DNA of 64,000 bases from Octopus sinensis (taxonomy: Eukaryota). The stretch is taken from the NCBI RefSeq assembly GCF_006345805.1, contig NC_042997.1, positions 12,648,001 through 12,712,000 of the forward strand, written 5' to 3'. Of this stretch, positions 1 to 13,861 are shown one piece after another. How positions within the stretch are numbered: the stretch's first letter is position 1; each line of letters begins with the position of its first letter. The notes beneath the pieces were generated by a model. The model did not search any database, had not been told where the DNA came from, and worked only from the letters and a program-made list of their open reading frames with translations. The position numbers and the translations under genes were made by a program.

Positions 1-50
1 ACATACACACACATACGCACGCACACAGACACACACACACATCACAACAC

Positions 51-267
51 ATATCACAATAAACTACTACTCAGAGTTTCACACATTCTCATTAATCGCA
101 AAGTCTAGACTGAAAATGTCAGACGAATGGGAATGTGAAACTCTGAATAGCAGTTTATTGCGATATTTTTGTAATGTTTTGGCAGCTTTAGTAATAATAA
201 AGTATATTACTCCACCAGTATTCGAGTTCTATTTTTACCCATCAGATTTATGAGATTACTTTGATAC

Positions 268-270
<3 letters not shown>
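51..270 (+). mobile_element. Foldback remnant of a hammerhead/Penelope-type element, with only the 3' half of an HHR
   Basis: 51-102 (atatcacaataaactactactcagagtttcacacattctcat) is the inverted copy of about 126-165. The left arm read on the minus strand gives GAAAC-TCTGA-GTA. Flanked by CA and TA tracts. Confidence 0.45.
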
Positions 271-314
<44 letters not shown>

Positions 315-387
315 ATATATGTAAGTATGTATGCATGTATGTATGTATGTATGTATATATATATATAATATTTTTTTATTCTGTGAA

Positions 388-600
388 TTCATTCAGTCAT
401 TTGATTGCAGCCATACTGGAACACCGCTTTAAAGAGTTTTCGTCGAAGAAATCAGCCCCAGGATTAAATCGTTACAAGTCTAGAACTTCTTCTATCGGTC
501 TCTTTTACCGAGTGGCTACCTTACGGGAACATAAACACACCAACATCGGTTGTCAGGTGATGTGGGGGAAGAAACACAGACACAAAGACACACACACACA
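388..600 (-). mobile_element. SINE family A, diverged 3' half
   Basis: cagtcatttgattgcagccatactggaacaccgc...aaacacaccaacatcggttgtca matches the family A copies such as 3436-3822. Confidence 0.75.
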
Positions 601-742
601 TAATATTTAAACATATATATATGCGTTATATATATATTATTATATATAATATAATATAAATATTACATATATACAACAATATCTGTTTCAACACAGGGTC
701 TAACATCAGGAAATTTGTAATACAATATTTAAACGCAATTAT

Positions 743-776
<34 letters not shown>

Positions 777-779
777 ATA

Positions 780-1279
780 CTAGCAGTATCGCCCGGCGTT
801 GCTCGGGTTTGTAAGGGAATAACTATATAACCATTTTTAGAGAGTGATAGCCAACAAAGCAAAAAATGCATTGAAAATGGAAAAAAATTATGGGTAATTT
901 TTTTTTAAATCGTTTTACTTCATCGTAGACATTTTTAGAGAGTTACTTCCCTTATATAATAGCGAAAAAATGCATTAAAAATGGGAAAAAATGATGGTAA
1001 ATTTTTTTTTAATCGTTGACTCATCATAGACATTTTTAGAGAGTTACTTCCCTTATATAATAGCGAAAAAATGCATTAAAAATGGGAAAAAATGATGGTA
1101 ATTTTTTTTTAAATCGTAGACTCATAGTAGACGCGCGCTAATACCCAGAAGGGCTCGATATGAATCACGACTATAAGATACCCGGTTTTGGTTAAACTGC
1201 AACCGCAAAATGTGGGAGTAGTTAGGAATCTAAATCGTAGGAGACAGACAGCACACAACCTCACTTTTATATATAAAGA
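780..1279 (-). mobile_element. Non-autonomous Helitron, subfamily 1, with an internal tandem duplication of about 105 bp
   Basis: On the minus strand it starts TC(tttatatataaaag) and ends with hairpin CCCGAGCAACGCCGGG followed by CTAG. Inserted between A and T with no TSD. Confidence 0.85.
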
Positions 1280-1468
1280 TTTGGTATTAGTCAACAATTG
1301 TTTTGTGTACGCGAGAAAGGTAAACTGTTAGAGACATTCGTTAGATTCTTATGCTTGAAACAATAGTTTTTATTGAGAAGTGATTTAATTTCTCGAATTT
1401 ACTTGCCCTTGTACTGTAATGCCGTTATTTAGACTCTACTTCTTACTGTGTTTGCATTTAGAAACCAA

Positions 1469-1842
1469 CTAGCAGTATCGCCCGGCGTTGCTCGGGTTTG
1501 TAAGGGAAGCACTATAAAGCATTTTTAGAGAGTTTATAGCCAAAAAATGGAAAAAAATTATGGTAAATTTTTTTTTTTTTAGTTAAAAAGGTCGAGTTGC
1601 GTCTCCTAGACAGTCTGTGGTTTGTGTTTCTGATTCTCGACCCCATGTCGAATTTATCGATTTTTTTCAGAACTGGGGGAACTTTTCAAAATTTTCGCTG
1701 TGTTAGTTTTGAATTATGACATTGGGCTATGTGTGTGTCAAGTTTCATCAGAATCGGTTGAAAGCCTTGGTCAGGGTGAGGGTACAACCTAACAGACACA
1801 CAGAAACACACACAGACAAACTGCCTTTTATATATAGAGAGA
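1469..1842 (-). mobile_element. Non-autonomous Helitron, subfamily 2
   Basis: Same 3' hairpin and CTAG, 5' TC, different internal sequence; nearly matches 43080-43448. Confidence 0.85.
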
Positions 1843-1849
1843 TATATAT

Positions 1850-2010
1850 CGCGATTCTTTCAGACCCCGTCTACTAAATCCACTCAGAAGGCTTTGATCG
1901 GTCCGAGGCTATTGTAGGAGACATTTGTCCAAACTGTCACGTTATGGGACTGAACCTGAAACCATGTGGCTGCGAAGCAATATATACTTCGACACCCACA
2001 CGTGCACATA
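1850..2010 (-). mobile_element. SINE family A, diverged 5' half
   Basis: ccgtctactaaatccactca...gggactgaacctgaaaccatgtgg is homologous to the family A head. Confidence 0.65.
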
Positions 2011-2851
2011 ATACCTGAACACGGGGGGGGGGGCTATATATACATACAGACGCTAAACGCATTAACATACGCAACATACATAGAGAAAGATAACTTTTGC
2101 CCACATATAAACACCATACACTTACACACTGTTTGGGCACACACCACGTGAAAAAGCGCACCTCAACCGTTACACACAGCACACATACACTTTATAGATT
2201 CACAGATTTACACACACACACGTTAGGGTCACTAAACCCCTATTCACACACACATGCACACACACCATTCTCAAATACACACGCACACGTGCACCTTCTT
2301 TTGGAATCACCAGCGTTTTATCTCCCTTTCTTTCAACTCCTCATTATTATTATCTCTCTTTCAAACACTTTTTTGCAAATCATTTGCCATGCTGGACCAG
2401 TGAAATGTACAAATTTTTTTCATACTCTTTCTCGCTCTCTCTTCATTTTCTCTTCCTTTCTGTTGAAGAGCGTAGGCTCGAAACATAAAAGACATTTTTA
2501 TTTTCCCGAGCGTCAAACAACTGCACATGCTTGTTGTTCATGCTCTTGTCTTCGTCTCTTGTTTTTCTATAGGTTTCAAATTTATGTGTGTGTGTGTGTG
2601 TGTGTATAAATAAAATTAATATAAACACCTCTTTGCAATGTTTCACCAAAATGGAGAACACCTACTTTGCTAGAAATAAGAGCTAAACCGCTGTAGTGCT
2701 GTATTTAATGCATATGAACAAAAACACACGCTAACAAGGATAATAATCAATCGGCACTTTTCGGAAGATTATGGTCCCTATCAGTGTATGTTTTCGTTCA
2801 TGTGCTGTTTAGCTCTCATCTCTAGCATTATAGGTGTTTCTTAATATCTTA

Positions 2852-3140
2852 GTCACGTTTGTTAGACTTTTGGGGAGGAGGGAAAACGAGATCGAACCAC
2901 CTCAAGTGTAACTGTCCGAAATGGTCGTGACTTCTGGCACTCGACTGATGAAAGAAAGCCAAGAATGAGCCATCTTTTTTCTTTGCCTTCTAATTGTTGT
3001 TTCTCTTTCCGTCTTTGTGTTGTCTATCTGTCCGAACGCTTTAATGACCTCTATTCCGTTCTTGTTCGAATTATATATATATATGGAACAAAAGCGGAAT
3101 AGAGGGCATTAAAACGTTCGGACATATAGACAACAGAAAG
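2852..3140 (+). mobile_element. Decayed hammerhead/Penelope-type element plus an inverted tail copy converging on a short TA tract
   Basis: Stem gtcacg(2852)/cgtgac(2926) brackets gtcc-GAAA. About 3005-3065 is inverted at about 3084-3142. The tail is homologous to 16560-16650. Confidence 0.4.
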
Positions 3141-3144
3141 GCGA

Positions 3145-3207
<63 letters not shown>

Positions 3208-3435
3208 GTACAGGATGCAAGTACCTCTATATATAGCACACTGCTGACATCGGCGGTAGGTAACACCTCACCCTCACAACGCATATACAATCAATTCAAA
3301 GCAAAGAATTCATGACTATTCTCCTTTCATTTCTTCTCTTATGTTATTGATTTCTGCCTTCACTTTTGCTCTTCCTATCTATATACGCTCATTTGAATTG
3401 ATCGAAATATGAAATAAACCCCTCCCATATTGTAT

Positions 3436-3663
3436 CTCTTTTACTCTTTTTTCTCTTTTACTTGTTTCAGCCATTTGACTGCGGCCATGCTGGAGCACCG
3501 CCTTTTAGTCGAGCAACTCGTTCCCGGAACTTATTCTTTTTGTAAGCCCAGTACTTATTCTATCGGTCTCTTTTTGCCGAACCGCTAAGTGACGGGGACG
3601 TAAACACACCAGCATCGGTTGTCAAGCAATGCTAGGGGAACAAACACAGACACACAAACATAT

Positions 3664-3694
<31 letters not shown>

Positions 3695-3822
3695 CATATA
3701 TACGACAGGCTTCTTTCAGTTTCCGTCTACCAAATCCACTCACAAGGCATTGGTCGGCCCGGGGCCGACACTTGCCCAAGATGCCACGCAGTGGGACTGA
3801 ACCCGGAACCATGTGGTTGGTT
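3436..3822 (-). mobile_element. SINE family A, slightly 5'-truncated
   Basis: tRNA-like B box (ggttcagtccc on the minus strand), central TA/TG tract, (agtaaaag)n tail. Confidence 0.9.
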
Positions 3823-4069
3823 CGACCATAAACCCCACAGATCTTTCTGATTGGTGTAAATTGGTAAATATCCCTAGGCTAAACATTCATTAGAGCCAAG
3901 GCACTACTGTAAGATTAATATTTCCCTTAAAAACCATGGATTTTACAAATCATAATTGTACTATTCTAAGAATGGGGAATACAACAACTAACGTATGGAG
4001 TTTGTGGAATCGTACGAATTATAGGATTTACCAATTTCTATCCAAAGTTTTTGTTATTATGTATACATA

Positions 4070-4243
4070 GGCGCAGGAGTGGCTGTGTGGTAAGTAGCTT
4101 GCTAACCAACCACATGGTTCCGGTTTCAGTCCCACAGCGTGGCATCTTGGGCAAGTGTCTTCTGCTATAGCCCCGGGCCGACCAATGTCTTGTGAGTGGA
4201 TTTGGTAGACGGAAACTGAAAGAAGCTTGTCGTATATATGTAT

Positions 4244-4285
<42 letters not shown>

Positions 4286-4526
4286 TATATATATTTAATA
4301 TATGTATGTGTGTGTGTGTTTGTGTGTCTGTGTTTGTCCCCCTAGCATTGCTTGACAACCGATGCTGGTGTGTTTACGTCCCCGTTACTTAGCGGTTCGG
4401 CAAAAGAGACCGATGGAATAAGTACTGGGCTTACAAAGAATAAGTCTCGGGGTCGATTTGCTCGACTAAAGGCGGTGCTCCAGCATGGCCGCAGTCAAAT
4501 GACTGAAACAAGTAAAAGAGTAAAAG
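4070..4526 (+). mobile_element. SINE family A, full length, tRNA-derived
   Basis: Head ggcgcaggagtggctgtgtggtaag (A box), B box, central microsatellite, tail agtaaaagagtaaaag. Confidence 0.92.
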
Positions 4527-4541
4527 GGATATATGTACACA

Positions 4542-4762
4542 GACGCAGGAGTGGCTGTGTGGTACGTAGCTTGTGTACCAACCGCATGGTTTCGGGTTCA
4601 GTCCCATTGCGTGGCACCTTGGGCAACTGATTTCTACTGTAGCCTCGGGCCGACCAAAGCCTTGTGAGTGGATTACATAGCCGAAAACTGTGTGTGCGCG
4701 CGCGCGTGTATGTATTTTATATTGCGAGTGGACCTGGTAGACAGAAATTGAAAGAAGCCCGT

Positions 4763-4798
<36 letters not shown>

Positions 4799-4800
4799 AT
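4542..4800 (+). mobile_element. SINE family A, rearranged 5' half
   Basis: gacgcaggagtggctgtgtgg...gtagacagaaattgaaagaagcccgtc. Confidence 0.8.
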
Positions 4801-5220
4801 GCGTGTGACTTAATTGCAACTGACATTTTCTTGAAATGAGCTGACCTGGGATAGACAGCAATCATTTTCAGTTTTCGTGAGTTGTCTTCAAATGCTGTTA
4901 TATTTCTCAGTTCTGGATCAAATTTTCCAGCATAATAACGAAAAATATATCTTCATAGGCGTTTCTGATATTGATACAAGACCACGTTAATGAGAGAAAA
5001 AGGTGTTATATAGTGCAGTTAAATTTCAATATATTTTGTTTTTTATATATATATAGAAAGAAAAAATTGAACTTAAGATAAAAAATGCCATAACTCTATA
5101 AATTTAATAATGTGACCGTATTACATTCATTTACGTGGTTGCCAGCCAACCCACCGTCTTAAATAGAAGGACACATCAGATAATGCAATGCCCATTAAAG
5201 AAGCATTAGTATCATGGAAG

Positions 5221-5580
5221 CACTCCGTCGGTTCCGACGACGAGGGTTCCGGTTGATCCGATCAACGGAACAGCCTGCTCGTGAAATTAACGTGTAAGTG
5301 GCTGAGCACTCCACTGACACATGTACCCCTAACGTAGTTCTCGGGGGATATTCAGCGTGATACAGAGAGTGACAAGACCGGTCCTTTGAAACAGGAAGTA
5401 AGAGTGAGAGAGAGTTGTGGTGAAAGAGTACAGCAGGGATCACCACCATCCCCTGCCGGAGCCTCGCGGAGCTTTAGGTGTCGTCGCTCAATAAACACTC
5501 ACAACGCCCGGTCTGGGAATCGAAACCGCGATCCTACGACCGCGAGTCCGCTGCCCTAACCACTGGGCCATTGCGCGTCC
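5221..5580 (-). mobile_element. SINE family B, tRNA-derived
   Basis: Minus-strand head ggacgcgcaatggcccagtggttagggcagcggactcgcgg...gtttcgattccc. The 3' part is shared with 36962-37285. Confidence 0.88.
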
Positions 5581-6049
5581 ACATTAGTATCATAGAGCAT
5601 GAGGTACCCGTTTATTCTCTCTTAGATTTAACGTAATCAAAAACGTTAAATTCCGCAGCGTAAGATATATTGTCTTGTACTCCAAGCTTGAGTCTGCTAA
5701 ATTTTCTTTTGTTCGTGAAATTTTTAGAGTATTTCAGACAATGTGATAGTAGATATTCCTAAGAGTGTCATGAGGTTAAACAATACCAGTACCAACATCG
5801 GTAAGAAGAAGAGTGGCAGTGGAAGGGATTCATTTATTCATATTTTAAATCTCAATCAATTTTTAAGAACATATTTTCAGTTTTTAAGTTATACAGTTTA
5901 AAAAATTGTATAGGCTAACAAATTTCATGATATTTTGCACTTATTTGAAGCCAGGTCGCTCCTGAACAAGAAAACATATCATCAAGCATTTCAGCTGCGT
6001 TTTATCACCGACTACCTTATTTGTTATTTTTTAAAAAGTGAATGATATA

Positions 6050-6613
6050 TTGGGTTGTCCGGAAAGTTCGTGCCGATTTATAGTAGCATACATTTCGACT
6101 TATTTTAGAACATGTTTGAGTCCATAAAATAGGATTTGATTACACCTCCATTTAGAGCACCTTTTCGTGGAAGAAGGTTTATGTTCCTATAAAACCTGTG
6201 TTAATTCTGTAACTCTTTAAAACGGAAGATAAGAAAGTTTATTTTCAGCACTTGATGCTTTTCTTTCTCCGTAAAGGGAAAAATGCCCCACAAGCAACCA
6301 AAGAGGTATGCGCAGTTTACGGTGATGTTTCTTTATCCGAAAGAACTGTACGGAAGTGGTTCGCAAGGTTCTGAGCTGGAGATTGTAGCCTTATTGATAA
6401 AGAGTGATCAGGCAGACCATCCACTACAGATGATGACCAAATCAAGTCATTCATTGAGAACAACCCACATTGCACAACCCGAGAATTGTTAGAAAGCCTC
6501 AACCTATCAAAATCCGTCGTTCATAAGCACCTGGTAAAGCGTGGGTAATGGCAAGTATTTATTGACATGTTTCTTTCCTCTAAAAATCGGTACGAACTTT
6601 CCGGACAACCCAA
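6050..6613 (+). mobile_element. Internally deleted mariner DNA transposon
   Basis: TIRs of about 31 bp (ttgggttgtccggaaagttcgtgccgattt / aaatcggtacgaactttccggacaacccaa) with TA on both sides. Confidence 0.93.
6222..6549 (+). pseudogene. Mariner transposase N-terminal HTH remnant
   Basis: Manual translation EDKKVYFQHLMLFFLRKGKNAPQATKEVCAVYGDVSLSERTVRKWFARF*AGDCSLIDKE*SGRPSTTDDDQIK...TTRELLESLNLSKSVVHKHL. Start is ACG, two internal stops, catalytic domain deleted. Confidence 0.9.
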
Positions 6614-7456
6614 TATCTGAAGGAAATTTGGCTTCTATTTCTAGCCACTTCAGGTTCAAAAATAAGTAGAATTCATACTTTTATAGCAGAATCAGAAATA
6701 CTCACACATGCCTATACGTGTAAACCGCTATCACTCATGAAGCAGCGACAGAAATCTATCTACTTTCGCCTTCACCACCACCACTACATAAAACAAACGA
6801 GAATACTTATCACTGCATCTCTTCTCCATTACTAAATATATATAGAGAGATATATTAATATAAATTATTCTACTGATTCTTCCGTTTTATTTTACACACT
6901 TTAAAAGTAACGTTTCTCTAATTTTTTTCCTATTTCTTAGAACTTATATTTCTTCTCGCTCTATATCATCCTGCGTTTTTTCTTACAGCCTCATTGCCTT
7001 TGCAAGGATCTTTGCCGCTCTCTTCGTGTGGCAATATTTTCTTTCCCTTCGATTCCCATCTATGCTGATTTTGTATTATTTTTTCATTGTAAATTTTATC
7101 TTCTGTCTATCAGTCTCACTCTATTACTCTCTATATCTACACTAACATTTTCATTCCTTTTCACTGTACATTTGTATATATACACAAAAGAAATTATTTC
7201 ATAAGAAGCAAAAACATATTAACCTGGTGCTCATATATCTAACATTTATCATACGATATTCATATTAACACCAATGTTTCAACTCTCTCTGTGTCTGTCT
7301 CTGTGTCTGTTGGTCGTGCTCTGTTCATCTCAAAAAAAAAAATCATTGGATTATGTGGTCTAAGAAGCGTTTGGAAAGAAAAATAAAGACGGAATGATAA
7401 CGGGAAAGTTTTTGATGATACGCTTGCTCCTGAGGGTTTGAGTTCGAGAACAGGAA

Positions 7457-7656
<200 letters not shown>

Positions 7657-7957
7657 GTTTACTCATTTGTACGTCAGTCTGTATGACTATCTGTCGGTCT
7701 ATCTATCTCTTTTCTAATTAATAAGTATACCAATGTGTGTTTATAAGATTAAAGCATAAACTTTCTTTGTAACTCGCTGCAGGGCATACACAAAAACTTC
7801 TTTCCAGCACGGCTTCAGTCAAATCATATAGCTCATAAAATGGTGCACGTTCTATATTTTGTGGAGGTGTGCTATAATATTTTATCATAGTTTTCACAAC
7901 TCCATCCCTGAGATACAGAAGACAAGCACCCTATAAGGGATACAGTGTTTCTGAGCT

Positions 7958-8135
7958 TATGTATGTATGTATGTATGTATGTATGTATGTATGTATGTAT
8001 GTTTATGTATGTATGTGTGTGTGTATGTATGTATGTATGTATGTATGTATGTATGTATGTATGTATGTATTTATGTATGTATTTATGTATGTATGTATGT
8101 ATATATGTATGTATGTATGTGTTTATGTATTATGT
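7958..8135. repeat. (ATGT)n microsatellite
   Basis: Read directly. Confidence 0.95.
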
Positions 8136-8516
8136 ATGCATATATGGCATTATTTAATTTTATTTCAAGATTTCTTGCTAACAGATAAAGAACCGCTTTC
8201 TAACCTAGATCCCAGGTGGCTTCATTGAAATTTCAACAACACCAACGGGGTATTTTTGCATGTTTTGCGTGTATATGTGCAGTATTCAGAGTCAGTGTAT
8301 GTGCAAAATTGTGTTTTGATGTACCTAGTATTCTTATGTATATAGTTACATGTCTTGACATTCGTATATATATAGTTAAATGATAAAGTTCCGGAAAGAT
8401 TTACAGATTTTTATAGTTTAACGATGGCTTGGATTTGTAATCTTCGAATCAGCTTTCTCTTTTCTGATTTTGAGAAGTGTAATTTCTAAAAATTGGTACT
8501 CATGCAGTCTGTTAGA

Positions 8517-8525
8517 TATGTATGC

Positions 8526-8558
<33 letters not shown>

Positions 8559-8790
8559 TGTATGTATGTATGTATGTATGTATGTATGTATGTATGTAGG
8601 TAGGTAGGTATGTATGCATGCATGTATGTATGTATGTATGTGTGTATCTATGTGTGCGTGTGTATGTATGTATGCATGCATACATGCATGTATGTATGAA
8701 TGTATGTATGTATGTATGTATGTATGTGTGTATGTATGTATGTATGGATGGATGGATGGATGGATGGATGGAGGGATGGGTGGATGGTGG
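8517..8790. repeat. (ATGT)n/(ATGG)n compound microsatellite
   Basis: Read directly. Confidence 0.95.
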
Positions 8791-8844
8791 TATAGATGGG
8801 GGGTTGGATGTATTTTGCTTTTCTTCACATTTTTCAAGTTTTGT

Positions 8845-9580
8845 GATTTGGGACATCGATGTCGCCAGTGAATCGAATGTGGGCGATAGTTGTTCCTCCA
8901 ATACTGATTGTGCTTTCATGGTTTTCGAGTGTATCTGACATGATCCTTTCCAGGAAGATGTTGAAGAGGATAGTTGAAAGTAGAGGTTCCTGACGTACGC
9001 CTATTGTTAGAAGCCAGTTGTCAGTCGTTTCGTAATAATAGATGGCAGTAGTTGCTTTCTCCTCTAGTTGCCTGGTGACTTCGTTTAGCTTTGAGCTTAT
9101 GTCGTACTTTTTTACTGTGGCCCATAGCATTTCGTACCAAATTTTGTCGAAGGGATCTTTTAACTCGATGAAGACGTGCTATAATTTTGTTTGTTGTTCA
9201 GGGAACTTATGTCCAAGGACTCTGAGAATATTTCCTCTCCAGTGCTTTTGTGTATCCTGAAAACAACTTCCTCTTCAGCAATATTCCTTTCTGTTAGGGG
9301 ATTATAGCTTGATCAGAATGATTTTTATTTTTGCTTGAGTGACAGGTGAAACTGATCATGCGGTAGTTATCACACTTCCATTCTGGGGAGAGTTATTATG
9401 AGAGATGGAGTTCATCGTTTGAGCCATATGCATGTTTTACATACTGCACTGCGAATATTTGTTAGTACATTTCCTATGTCTTCTCCTCCTTCCTGGATTA
9501 ATACTTCAAGTATTCTCTCCATTCTACTTGAATCACTACTGATTCAAGAATTAAGTCTTCGAACTTATTCTTCTTGTTCT
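8845..9580 (-). pseudogene. RTE-clade LINE reverse transcriptase fragment
   Basis: ORF 8834-9130 reads IGVRQEPLLSTILFNIFLERIMSDTLENHESTISIGGTTIAHIRFTGDID, a decayed GVRQGCxLSPxLFN...LRFADD motif. The extent beyond 9130 is approximate. Confidence 0.85.
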
Positions 9581-9677
9581 TTGCTGGGGCAGTTCTTTAT
9601 GTTCACGTTGACCGATTCTAATATAGTGCTTATACTCCATAATACGTAGGTGCATGTGTTTTCACACACACACAAAT

Positions 9678-9749
<72 letters not shown>

Positions 9750-10984
9750 CTATATATACGTTCAAATAAATACACACACATAAATTTATAAATATGTATA
9801 ACATGTATATATAGGTGCATTTATATATTTATGCGCATATATATGCATATGTAGAATTATAAATATATGCGTGTGTGTGTATGCGTGTGCGTATGTACAT
9901 GTGTGAGTGTGTGTGTTTACGTGTGTATGTACTTAAATGTATGTAAATTTACATGTTTACACATAGACCCGTATATGTGTGAGTTACATGTATATGAAAG
10001 CAATTGATACGTATTATAGAATATAGGTAATATATTAGAATTGGTCAGCCAGTTTAAAGCCATTGGATTCATCAGGCAGTGGTTTTACTACACATTGAAA
10101 TTTCCAGCCTACATCTTTAGTTACAGATTTTCGATAAAAAACAAGTGGGGTGGAAAAAATTGTCTAACATCTAACTTTATGTAGGCAAATACTTCCTGTC
10201 CTAGATGTATAAGGAATCTTCAAGCAAGATTTTGCAAGCCAGCACGGAGAAGTAACCTACAGAGTTTATATGGTCAAAGATAATGCCTTAGGGTGCGATG
10301 AAAAACTTAGAGAAACAATTTAAGCAATTAATTTATACCTTAATTACCTAACAAGCTGATCGATATGACTAAAGCGAATTGCAATCAGTGCGTGCGATTT
10401 AAGTGGAGGCAAGACTGTGTCAAAGTAGAAAATATATGTTCCAAAACAGTTTTCACATTTGCTAATCAAATACTCAAGATATATGGGTATATATATATAA
10501 GCATATATATATATATATATATGTATACAAGTATGTTTATATATACATGTGTGTATATATAAATGCATATGTGTGAATGTGTCTCTGTGGAGGTTGATGT
10601 ATATGTAGGCGTGTTTGTGCGTATGCGTATGTACAGTCGGTGATACATTTGAGATGGCCACGTTAGGGAATTTAATGTTGTTTTGTGGATTTGGTTGGCC
10701 AGAAGCTTTCCGTCTGTATCATCATTGTGCTCGTCAATTACTCTAATAAATTAATAATTATTATCCAGTTCCTCCACATACACCCACCTACACCCTCACA
10801 CACAAACACACACAAACACGAACTCGCATACACACATATACAGCTATACATATACACACCAGATATGTGTACATGTGTGTGTGTTTGCCAGTATGTATAT
10901 GCCTGTGTATGAATGTGTAACATTTACTATATATTAATGTACATATTTCTTAGACACAAAACAGATTTAGATAGAAAGTTGCAT

Positions 10985-11034
<50 letters not shown>

Positions 11035-11589
11035 ACACACACATGCACACACAAATGCGTGCAACTGGAGAAACTTTTCCAAAAATCTAATTTTCATTTC
11101 CAAGCCATAAGATATTTCAAATTACAAGACGCTGAGAGAAAACCATTAAAGCGTGTAAGATGCACATATAACAAACTATTATAATTGCGATATTACCTAA
11201 AGGACATTTCCACATTTATAATTGAAGATCTAGTAATGAAGTGAAAAATCTCCCTTTGTTGTGTTTACTTCAGTACATGTACTTGTTTCTTGCTGTTGTT
11301 TTAGTTGTTGTTTCACGTTTATTACTGCATGGAGAGCAGTAGTCGGACAGACTTGTATGTGTGACATCATTAGCTTTTTCGATTTTATATATGTTTCATA
11401 CCGTTTGATCCTTAAAAAAAGAAAAACAATATGTAATACGTATGCATCCACATGTATATGTATTTATTATAACACACACACACATACATACACACATGCA
11501 CACACAAAAATGCCTATAATACGAGAGTGTGTTTGCATGCATATATATATGTGTGAGTGTGTGTTGCGTGTATACATAAATATGTACAT

Positions 11590-11604
11590 ATGTGTATACA
11601 CATA

Positions 11605-11676
<72 letters not shown>

Positions 11677-11717
11677 TATATATAACATATATATATATGT
11701 ATATATATATATATAAC

Positions 11718-11762
<45 letters not shown>

Positions 11763-11860
11763 TATATACATATATATATATGTATATATATATATATATG
11801 TATATGTATATGTATATATATGTGTGTATATATATATATATATGTGTATATATATACTCA
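11590..11860. repeat. Long interrupted (TA)n microsatellite
   Basis: Read directly; representative of many similar tracts in the window. Confidence 0.95.
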
Positions 11861-13861
11861 TATTCATACATGTGTGTAAAGACAACAGTTAATGTCATTA
11901 ATGTTAAAATAACAGCAACAACAGCAACAATAGCTCCAATGAATCGATGCAAGGAATCTGAAACAGGGTCACAGAAAAATGCTATGACAGTTCGAGACAG
12001 CATATATAACTTAATAAGGTGGTTCAAAGCCTATTTTGCTTATTTACTTAAATTGCCCGCATTTTGCTCCCTTCTTGTTTCTTTACCTTAACTACTTAAT
12101 TAATACTATATAAGAGTAACCAGATATGCTTTCGGTTTGAACCAAATCTAAGCCATGCAATCCATCGAAGTTTAAGTGTTTTGCGTTTGTTTCGTTTATT
12201 ATTATATTCTTAATTTGAAGTTTTAATCGGATGGAAGCGCAACCTACGTATTCAATAAACCACTTTTGGGGTTTCCGCGGCTGACAACAGATTGGGGGAA
12301 TGAGATCGATAGGGCTGGTACGTATGACTGCAGCAATATGATCTCATAAAGAGACTCAAGAGCCAGCTTAATTCATTAACGTAAAACTCATGCTCTTGCA
12401 GAGACGATTTTCTGTGTATTATGTTATGTTGTCAGATATGACACTGAACTATTTTTAATTTAAACAAGACTTTACACAAAACCACTTACATAGACCACTT
12501 CTTCTCGCTATATGCTTAGGGGAAAGTAGTGTGAGATGGCAGCAATGTCACAAAATATCTCTATATCTCCCTGTATGTTTAAAACTATGAATATTAGAAT
12601 CCATTATAATAATTATTGGTAAAAATATTATTTGTGTCGTGATTTAAACCCAAATTAGTTATGTTGGAAGAGTACAATGTTTGAAGCCCCTGTAGCTTCA
12701 ATTAAACTAGGTCTGAATTCGAGAAAATTTTGCTACTATATCTAGCTTGTCGATAGATCATGTAGCTGCTAATGTTTTGAGAGATCGCTAATCTTAAGGA
12801 AATGCTGATGAGTTAAGTATCTTTAATATTTTTGTATATTAGTTTTAATGCTGTAGCTGCAAGAGATTGATTTCTGCGTATATTAGTTTCTTGTTAAATT
12901 CTATGATTGAGCTGACTTTAAACATTATGTGCAACGAAAAAGTGGTCAAGAGTTTTAAAAATTGTAATATCTATTAGCAGAGCATTTGTTGTAAGATTGT
13001 AATGTTAAAATTATTTTACTGAAATTTGACAGTACAGTAAGACTAGTGTAAATTTAAAGGAAGCAGATTTCAGTTAAGGGTTTTCATTCAAACATTCTTA
13101 AAATAACAAAAGTTAGCAATATATTTTTAGAATATATTTATTTACAAATACGCACACATGGAAAACGCAAAAAAGATGCCAGCACAATAGAATATAAACT
13201 AATTTCACGAAGGTTTACATATGAAAAACTTCAAACACAAAGTATTCACTCATATGCCCATATAGTTTCTTCTTGTTATAAAATAATTCTAAAATATATT
13301 TTAAAAAATCTGTTTCAACATTTCGATTTCCAGAGTTCTATAAATGCTGTGAATAGATATAATATATTTCCCTTATATTGATGAAAGTTGACGTGTTATT
13401 TGTTGAGAGCTAACATAGCCGGAGAGTCAAAATTTGAACTTTGTCAGGGAGTACTTTTAGGTGTAGCGAAAACCAGCGAAAAGTTTTTGATGTAAACATG
13501 GCTGAAAGCTCAATTACTGAAGCAGAATATTTTAGCAGCATTTATAACAGAAGAATATTTTTGCTTATGTGAGTTATTTCCTTGTGTTTCAAATCTTGTT
13601 GCTTTATAAAATATGTTTTGTTCGATTACAATATCTGTGTATATGCGAACGTTTGTACATGCGTATAAGAGTGTATGATTGCCACCGTGCGTACATGCAT
13701 GTATGTGCATGCATTTGACAAATGTATCATATTCTTATTAGTCATCCTGGTAATGAAGTCAGATGAACAGGATATTTTCAAGTTGAATGACTGAAAGTTG
13801 CGTAGAAAGCTATTACATGAAACCAAGAATTTCAGGAGAGAATTGACAAGAATACTGATAA

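Noticed and set aside
8150-8512. Possible decayed PLE end with an HHR (similar case at 19700-19790)
   Set aside because: The core nucleotides are too degenerate to call.
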